DNA of 60,140 nt, filler included, from Hausera hauseri (taxonomy: Eukaryota), in the NCBI GenBank assembly GCA_046269625.1. It is 11 parts of 11 records of this genome, joined end to end, with 100 filler letters (N's around TTAATTAATTAA, not from the genome) between each part and the next. Parts side by side here need not be neighbours in the genome. Positions count along the whole stretch, not along the records: positions 50,423 to 55,164 come from JBJURY010453579.1; positions 55,265 to 60,140 come from JBJURY010406590.1; 9 more parts are not named here. One strand, given 5' to 3'. A program made the position numbers and the translations under genes. The notes below the pieces were generated by a model, which saw nothing but the letters and a program-made list of their open reading frames with translations, was not told where the DNA came from and did no database searches. Shown one piece after another: positions 52,223 through 60,140 of the stretch (within the stretch, counting starts at the first letter, position 1; each line of letters starts with the position of its first letter).

Positions 52223-52963
52223 TCATAACGCCGTGGCAACAGAACAATAAAATAAAACGGAAGCGAAAAAACGAAGGAGTAAAACTGGATAATATTCGCA
52301 ACGTTTATTGTTACTATAATCACCGTCTGCTAAAACGTACGAGTTCTCGGTAGGGGATCGAGACAATTTGAGGCTGCGAAGTCGTTGAGGAGGGATTTGC
52401 ATTTCGTTCGAGCTGGAGCTCGACGCCCTTGTCCGCCACGTGTCGGTGGTTCGGCGACCCGGAATCAACTGGCTCTCTGGTGGAACCAGCGATTCGAAAA
52501 GGCAGTCTGTAGTCGCCATCAGTCTTATGAAGATTGATAGGAAAACCGACGAATCAAAAAGTCGTCGATTCTCCCCGTCGTTGTAGAACTGGTCGAGGGT
52601 AGCAATCGGAAGAGAGTAAGGATCGTCATCCCTCAAACTGGTAAAATGCCGTACGAAACGGCTGTGAAGTAGAAACTCCCGTGCCGTTTGATAATCCCAG
52701 TCGGATCGACACGGAGCTTGTCGTCCTGACGGACGTCTGTGGGATCGCCTCCAGACTTTATCCTTTACTCGACGCTCAGGTAAGTGAGCGGAGTCCTGCA
52801 GGTTTTCCTCCGCGTCGGTTTGATGCTCTGTCGTATGGGGTCGTGGGATGTGATATCCCGCTGCCATTGTGACCCCGCTCCTTGTGATGGGGTCACCGGG
52901 TCTTATAGTGTTGGTGGCCGTCGTCTGCGTTGTTTGTGGTATTAATTGTACAAGCGAAATCAA
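52223..52963 (-). CDS. ORFan, paralog 1
   Basis: 246 aa GC-rich ORF; its core SRFVRH..DPY.LP...FY.DG..RRLFDSS.FL..FIRLMA.TD.LFESLVP.ESQLIP is shared with 54167-54619. Confidence 0.55.
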   Translation of the reverse strand: MISLVQLIPQTTQTTATNTIRPGDPITRSGVTMAAGYHIPRPHTTEHQTDAEENLQDSAHLPERRVKDKVWRRSHRRPSGRQAPCRSDWDYQTAREFLLHSRFVRHFTSLRDDDPYSLPIATLDQFYNDGENRRLFDSSVFLSIFIRLMATTDCLFESLVPPESQLIPGRRTTDTWRTRASSSSSNEMQIPPQRLRSLKLSRSPTENSYVLADGDYSNNKRCEYYPVLLLRFFASVLFYCSVATAL

Positions 52964-54166
52964 GACATTGCTTTGTTCGTTTCACGATAAAAAGTAAACC
53001 AAATGCACATAACATAGCTCCGAATAAACTTGCCGCAAGTAGAATTTTTCCTTTGATTTTAAATTCGGTCACTAAAAACATTGAATCAAGTTAAATTTGA
53101 TAGCCAAAAAAATAATCCAAAATTTCCGTTATTGTGCAAATTGGCGCGTAATAAATGGATTGCATGCATAAAATCTGAGAAATAATTAAAATAGGATCCC
53201 ATACAAAACTTCTAAATCCACTCATGTAAACAGACTGAATATTAAAATGAATGCAAATTCTAATGGAAACTACTAAATTCAAATGGTAAACGTAATTTAT
53301 TTATTTAAAATAACTTTTAGAAAGCCAGTAATAAACGCTAATAAAACATTCTCAATTTTGCTTAACTTTCCGATATAGTTCATCTGTATTTGTGACATTC
53401 GTTCAATTCTAAACAAAGACAAATGTAACGACGTACAAGCAAAATCTTTCAATGTACAATAGAATGTTTTCTGTTTTTTTACACAATCTACACAGAAACA
53501 AAATAAAATTAAACACAAAAAACAAGACAATATTCGTACAAAACTAGACGTGACGTAACATTTTTTATTTTGAGTTTTCGTGGAATCGGATGCTGAAATA
53601 AATTGGTAATTGATTTGTTTTTGTTCATCTTTAAGAAGTCTTTGGCTACTCGTTGTCTGATTCGGATGTTTATTGGTTGATTTCAATGTCTTTACCGTTT
53701 CAACATTGGGATTCATAGTTCTGATTAGAATTTGCTAGGCTGAATCCGGGATGATTATTGGAAAGGGTTTGGATGTAATGGGACCTGATTTGAATGGGTA
53801 TGTATTTTGCATCGTTCATCATCATTAGATGCGTGTAATGGTTTTTGTTTGACTTCTCTGGAGACATAGACAGTTCCGAGTTGATCTTGTTGAAATCGTC
53901 TTGTGCATCGATATTATCCGCATTCAGAGTTTCACATTTGTAATTAATAGGGATATCTTTGTAGAAATTGTTCAGCTCCTTTTCTTGATGTTGTTTTGAA
54001 GCTGTTCCTCTGCTGAATTTCTTTGACATACGTGTACAACAAAACCAGTAATACAATGAGAAAGACCACTTTAGTGCATTTACATTTTATAAAACGGTCG
54101 AGCAAAACCAACGGGTACAACGTCAAACAGTAAACAAAAAACAAACAAAGGTTGAAAAATTTATTT

Positions 54167-55076
54167 TTATACGCAATCGATTCGTCCGCCGAGGCGTACG
54201 AGTCCTCGGTAGAGGAGAGGACCGGGTGTATCCCGGGCTTCGGCGCGGACGAGTCGGATTGTCGTCCGAAATGGACTCATTGGATGTTTGGCCAAGTCTT
54301 GGCGGCTCCAACCGGCGTCGACTGGTGATATAAGCACTTCGCCCGGGCTTGAGCTCACTGTCATAACCAGCCGCTTGTCAGCGGTTCGAAGGTTAGGAAT
54401 CAACTGGCTCTCCGATGGAACCAGTGACTCGAAAAGCTGATCGGTTGCTGCCATCAGTCTTATAAAGACTGGTAAGAAGGCGGAGGAATCGAACAACCGT
54501 CGGTGGTCTCCATCGGCGTAGAACCGTCGAAGATATCCCCTTGGGAGGCAGTACGGGTCGTTCTCAAGCAGCCTGCTGAGGTGCCGCACGAATCGGCTCC
54601 GCTGCAGCAGCTCTCGCACCGTCTAATATTCCGAATACAAACGGCACGGAGCTTGATGGTCCCTGATACGATGTCGCTTTCCGAGGGAGAGGGCGTCTAG
54701 CCGGGATGTGTCTCCGATCTTCGGAGCGGGTTTGCTCCGTTAAGACGGCACGCCCGTCGGTTTCATTTTCCGCACCGGCGTGTGTTGGTCAGGGTACTTT
54801 GGGAATGCGGTACCCCGTAAACGGAACAGTCTTTTTTCCGTTCGCCGTGGTATCTGGTTGGCCTGGCTCATCAACAATGTGGACCTTGGCGGCTTCTCGA
54901 ATGATTGGTTTGCCTGGTTTCGTGATTGTTTTCGTCCTGTTCGCTGTTGAATTTTCCTTGGTGAGTGTTTCACCCTGTCGCAAGTTTGAAACTGGTTTAA
55001 TCGGCATAATTTCAGTGTTTTTTGGATGATTCCCTTTTTTGAATAACAGTGATCTTAAAACTGTGGATTCAAACAA
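54167..55076 (-). pseudogene. ORFan, paralog 2 (disrupted)
   Basis: GYRIPKVP matches GYHIPRP of paralog 1; stops and a frameshift lie between 54789 and 54620; conserved core in 54619-54380. Confidence 0.55.
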
Positions 55077-55264
55077 ATGAGTTTAAATCCATAGCTTTAT
55101 CTTGTAATATTTTTGTTGGCTACAAGTGCTGATAGCCCAATCACTTGCATTCCCCAACTTGCTTNNNNNNNNNNNNNNNNNNNNNNNNNNNNNNNNNNNN
55201 NNNNNNNNTTAATTAATTAANNNNNNNNNNNNNNNNNNNNNNNNNNNNNNNNNNNNNNNNNNNN

Positions 55265-58200
55265 CATTTCCATTTAATTCCCTTCTTAAGTAACCGATAT
55301 AAAGGTGCATTTATTTTTGAATTAGCTGACACATAAGTTACATAATATCCTCATAATCCTAGACAGTGCCTTAATTCTTTCAGGTTTTGTGGTTCCATGC
55401 AATCTGATATCTTGTTCAATAATGATTTATCTGGTTTCGATTTTCCTTCCCCAACTATATGGCCAAGGTAGGATACTGAGTTCTGAGCCCATTTTCATTT
55501 CTTTGGATTCAGCTTCAATCCGGCTTGTTCCAGTCTCATTAATGTGTATTCCATATCCTTTAAGTGTTCCTCTTCGGTCCTTAATGTTATCATTACGTCG
55601 TCTAAGTACGCAAAAGCATGGTCCAGTCCCATTAGCATTTTATTCATCATTCTCGTAAATATGGCTGGTCCAGTAGTAATACCGAACGGCATGACGTTAA
55701 ATTTATAAACACCATCGTGTGTTTTGGATGCTATCTTATAACGGTCTTCGTCCTCAATTTTCACCTGCCAATATCCGGATTGTAAGTCCAGAGTGGTAAA
55801 CCATTTTGCTCCTCAGAGTCGGTTTACAGCCTCCTTTACTGACGGTAGTGGTAAGGAATCTTTCATTATAAGATTATTTAAGGCTCTGTAATCGATACAA
55901 AATCGATGTTTTGTGGTACCTTTTTTCTTAACCATCAGGATTGGTGAATACCAAGATCTATAGCTGGGCCTAATTATGTCGGCCTTAAGCATTCGTTCGA
56001 CTTCCGTCGTTATTTCGGGCCTTAGCGAATGTGGCGGAGGGTACCATTTTGGCATTTTCTGATCATCTAAGTCTATTTCTTCATTCGAACCCGGCCTTTT
56101 TTTGAGCGGAATAATTAGCCTTAACGCTTTTGCTCTCCCAATATCTTCTTCGTCCTTGGCAATAATCGATTTGTAACGGCATAATAATTCGTAAAATCGA
56201 CAGTAAAATTCGGGGAAGAACTTAGTTTCGACGTGAGGTGGGAATTCGGCATACTTATAAGGCCTTTCTTCGATAGTTATCGACGACACTATACGTATCT
56301 CTTAGAGTCGTATAAGCGCGAAGCTTGACGGGAGTCTGCGCATTTTTTGCTATTCTGATCGGTACACGACCGGAGTGTACCCTTGTCAGTATGTTATTAA
56401 GTATTATATTCGGATTTAATGTCTCCTTGGTTCGAAATATACCGGTTGATCGTCATCTTGCTGAATTTGTGCGTAAATTATTAATTCTCTTCTTGGTGGA
56501 ATACTTTCATCTACTGGTATCCGTACTTATCCAAATTTTCTATCCTTAGCGTTTTTCACCTTTATTTGGTCTGATTTCTATTAACTTTCCTGTTTGTAGA
56601 TCAATTGCTATATTTGGTAGTCTCTTCAATAGATCGCATCCTAAGACGACGTCGTCGGTTCATTGTTCCATAACTGCAAATTTATGACGAAATTTTTGTT
56701 CAACTATTTGGACTTCTTGGTTCCATTTAAACGTCGGTTTTGACATTTGACCAAAAGCTCCTGTACTTCCTAGGTCTTTTGTAGGTGGTGGATATAATTG
56801 TCCTTTCGGCGTTTGAGGTATTGAATCATTCTTAATGTAAGACATTTCGAATCCTGCATCGATTAAGGCATAAACGTCCCGATCTTCGCTAATGATTTTC
56901 GTGAAGGGTCTTCCTTCTATTATTGTTCCGAAACAGTTTGTTGCTACTTTTGGACGTTTAGTCGCCGATATTTTATGTCCATTGATTCGGGCAATTGTTT
57001 GTCTTAATTCTTCGTTTGGCTTTAACTCGTTGTTTTCAATGCTTAATTTTTCCGTTTCATGTGTACTAATTAATGGTTTTCGATTGTCAGTGTGTAGTTC
57101 GGTATTCTGGAAGGTTTTTAACCTTGGATTGTCCCAAACCGTTGATCTAGTTTTTATATTCCGAGGTTCTCTCGGAGAATACAACATTTTGGGACCATTT
57201 GTGGATTGTCGGTGACACATTTTCCGTAGGACTTTATAGCGTTTCGTTCCTTTATAAGGATCTTGTACATAACTGTAATTTTATAGATTTCCGTCTGATA
57301 TGAACTCATTGACCGTTTATCCAAGTCTTCGTAGACCGGAGCGGTAGGAGGTAGCATAGGCAATGGTGCTTTGATGAGAGTACGTCTTGTGTCTGTTTAT
57401 TCTTGAAAGTACTTCGCCTCCCTTAGGCTCGTCATCATCTGAATTATTTCTTCGTGTATTAGGTTTTGTAAAGTTCTGCTTTCGCAAGAATATAGGCCTT
57501 CCTTTTCGCTTACGATTATAGTAACCGACATGGCGTTTTACATCCGATTTCTATCTATTCTATTCGTATGCCTTTAAGGATTTTCCAAAGGGCGTTATGA
57601 TTGCCGTCAGTATTTTACATGAAAATCCAGTCAACTTAAATATCTCTTATCCATTTATTACTTCTTGGATAACTGCCTTAATCATTTGTATCAAGAAATA
57701 TATCGTCAAAAATCCATATGCGGATTGAACTTAGATCAAAAATCTTCCCCAAATTTTGTATAGTATTTCCGTGGTTACTCGCTGATAATGGTTTACGCCA
57801 AGTAATGATTCCTATTTAGCCTGATATCGGGTATCGTCTACTACAGAAGCCATGGTCCGGTTTAATTCATGTGTCTGCTGTCTAAGTGTGAACATGGGTT
57901 CTCCTAAGCTTGCCTTACAATTCTTAAGAATGGTTGGTTGTGTCGCGTTATCCAACAACACTCTCATTAATGGTCTAGCTAATCTTGGGGTATTCTGATA
58001 AATAACAGGGAGTTCCTGAATGCAGCGTTTTTCCTCCACGTTGATAGATACATCTCTTTTCGCATTCGTAAGTTAACAGTACTTCGCCTGTAACCCGACC
58101 GAAAATTCCTTCTCTCACGGGAATTATTGGAGAAGCCAGTTCTGGGTTGGCATATATCAGAGCCAATTTTGTCCTCATGATTTCGGTATCTAATTTACAG

Positions 58201-60140
58201 TCGTTAGTTATTATTTTGTGGTACAATTCGGCTATTCCGACTTGCCCTTTGTAGTAGAAGTAATCGTCGCTGTTTTTTACATAATCCTTGATTCGGACAT
58301 CCTGCGTTTCTAATTTGTAAGTTTTTGCATTTATTTTCGTTTCTGCGACGAAAAATGCTTTGTAGTTAGTGACGAATATCACTACATCACAACGTGAGAT
58401 CATCTCCTTTTTAATAAATTTCAACTTATACTGATTTGAGATTAATATAGTGGGTGTAGGATGTTCTGATACGTCCTCACGTGTCCTTGAGTTGGCATCC
58501 GATTTATCCACATGTCTTTTTCCTGTAGTCTCATTAAACTTCAGTTCTTTAATTTTAATAAAATTACAACTTATTCCAGAAGGCGGTTCCCATATTATAA
58601 CAGAACTTCTAAAAGCACAGGTTCCGTCTTGTAAATGACACTTCTAATTTTCAGTTTATAACTTGGTGACACTATGGAACATTACTTTCTGTGATCGCAT
58701 TTCCGATTCGTAGAAATCCACGACTACCACATTCGATTGTAATCCCTTTCCAGTATCATATTCTGCTCCGTAACAATGTCCGCTATGCATGTCTAACCTT
58801 CCGGCCACTATCTTGTATGCCCTAATTATCTTTCCGGGTTGCATTTCTAAATCCATATTTTCCCACTGTACCCTTCCAGTCTCCTTAGCTTGTTTGCAAT
58901 GCTGGCGTTCTAAATTCATTGGGATAAGCGGAGTTGTTGGCTTGATTATAGAGGAATGTCCGTGTACTAATCCACAGTGAAAAATGCTACGTGATCGTCT
59001 CAGCATTCATTCCATCTCATCCAACGATATCAGTTCTTGTTGTTGGTACAAGAAATAATTTTTCTCTCTTGTTTCTAACTTGTGTCGTCTGGCATCTTTG
59101 CACACTTCTAAGTCCATCAGGGAATATCTCTGTCCTAATTTAAATTTTTCGCAGTCGTAGACGGTAGCAGCGCTTATATGCTTTACTAACATCATCAAGG
59201 TGAGTAGGCTGATTAACCAATTTGATTCATTTTTCCGGTAGCCAACATCCTCCGTTGTTAGATTACGTAACATATCATCGAGTTTATTACTGGTCTGTCT
59301 ACCTTCTTCCTTGTCGAACAGTCTTGACCAATTTATTTTGCAGGGCAATCTTCTCGCTGCTTTTTGTACTAAACTTATAACTTTATTAATCTCATTCTCT
59401 CGATTAGAGTTGATCTTAATAGCTAAGTATAGTAATACTTTTCTCAATTCCTCGTTGGTGTTCTCTATTCTTTCTCTATCTTTTCGATTACTGATTCATC
59501 GGTTAAGTTACTTTTCGATAGTTTAAAACGTGAACTTCTCATCATACTAGCTGCATAGAAAATTATCTTTTCTCTGTCATCTAGTGTATCACCTCGAAGG
59601 CTCGAATAATTTACAATTCGTATCAAATTCTTCATTAACTCACTTAATTCTTCATTATCTGTGCTGAAAGTCGGAATTAACATTTTTCTTAGTTTTCTAA
59701 TCAATTCTCCATTATAGTCTACTTCTCGCGTTTTCTTATGCCTTCCAACTAGACGTTTTGGCCTTGGCCTTTGGTGGTTATTTCACTCAATGGTACTAAA
59801 TCTATATCGTATTGTTCCTTATCTTTGTCTGTTCGTAAATATTCGAAATACATTGCAGCGTCTCGGACTCCCATAATTTGTCCTACGCATTGTTCCGTCT
59901 TGGCTTTGCGTTTGGCTTCTTCTTTTGTCTGTTCGTTAGCTATTATTGCCACTATTCGATTCGTTTCGTCGGGGATAATCCCGACGTCTATTAATTGTTC
60001 TAAATCATCGAGTATTTTACCTCTAAAGTAAAATCTATAATTTAGCTCGTTTGTTCCGCCATTGTTTAATAATTAGTCTCTTAGATCTTTTACATAGGAA
60101 TGTGTAGTTAACTCCATTCTTTTTCGTCCATCCATTCGGA
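55265..60140 (-). mobile_element. Chuvirus-glycoprotein Ty3/Gypsy element, copy 2
   Basis: Same order as copy 1: upstream coding region, signal peptide plus VYDC (in ORF 59447-59007), glycoprotein fragments to about 57580, PPTAP, protease LIDAG, RT (FCIDYRALN, MPFG, YLDD). Confidence 0.92.
59940..60138 (-). pseudogene. Ubiquitin-like domain within the retroelement's upstream coding region
   Basis: Manual translation RMDGRKRMELTTHSYVKDLRD*LLNNGGTNELNYRFYFRGKILDDLEQLIDVGIIPDETNRIVAII, in frame with ORF 59952-59749. Confidence 0.65.

Overview
Eukaryotic DNA made of 11 unrelated short contigs joined by artificial 100-bp spacers (N44-TTAATTAATTAA-N44), so adjacency across spacers is meaningless. 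The window is dominated by decayed mobile and viral elements. (1) Two diverged copies (1-7578 and 55265-60140, both minus) of a Ty3/Gypsy LTR retrotransposon with an unusual layout: ubiquitin-like domain (copy 2 only), internal signal peptide, chuvirus-like glycoprotein with TM helix, PTAP linker, protease, RT, then RNase H, integrase and a second signal-peptide/Cys-rich/TM protein (copy 1 only). (2) Two homologous gag fragments with long protease-free extensions, one with LTR end and PBS, which may be the 5' half of that element. (3) A fish-type endogenous retrovirus (LTR, tRNA-Ser PBS, gag, UGA-CUAG, protease, 2H phosphoesterase, RT), probably from a vertebrate source. (4) Two degraded Polinton/Maverick pPolB genes, each facing the same small gene. 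(5) An RT-less Ty3/Gypsy derivative, mariner and piggyBac remnants, and a palindrome-rich repeat family. Host-like genes are an SLC22-type transporter, a UBC4/5-like E2, a repeat-containing terminal exon and a pair of paralogous ORFans. All family assignments come from motif recognition by eye; no searches were run.
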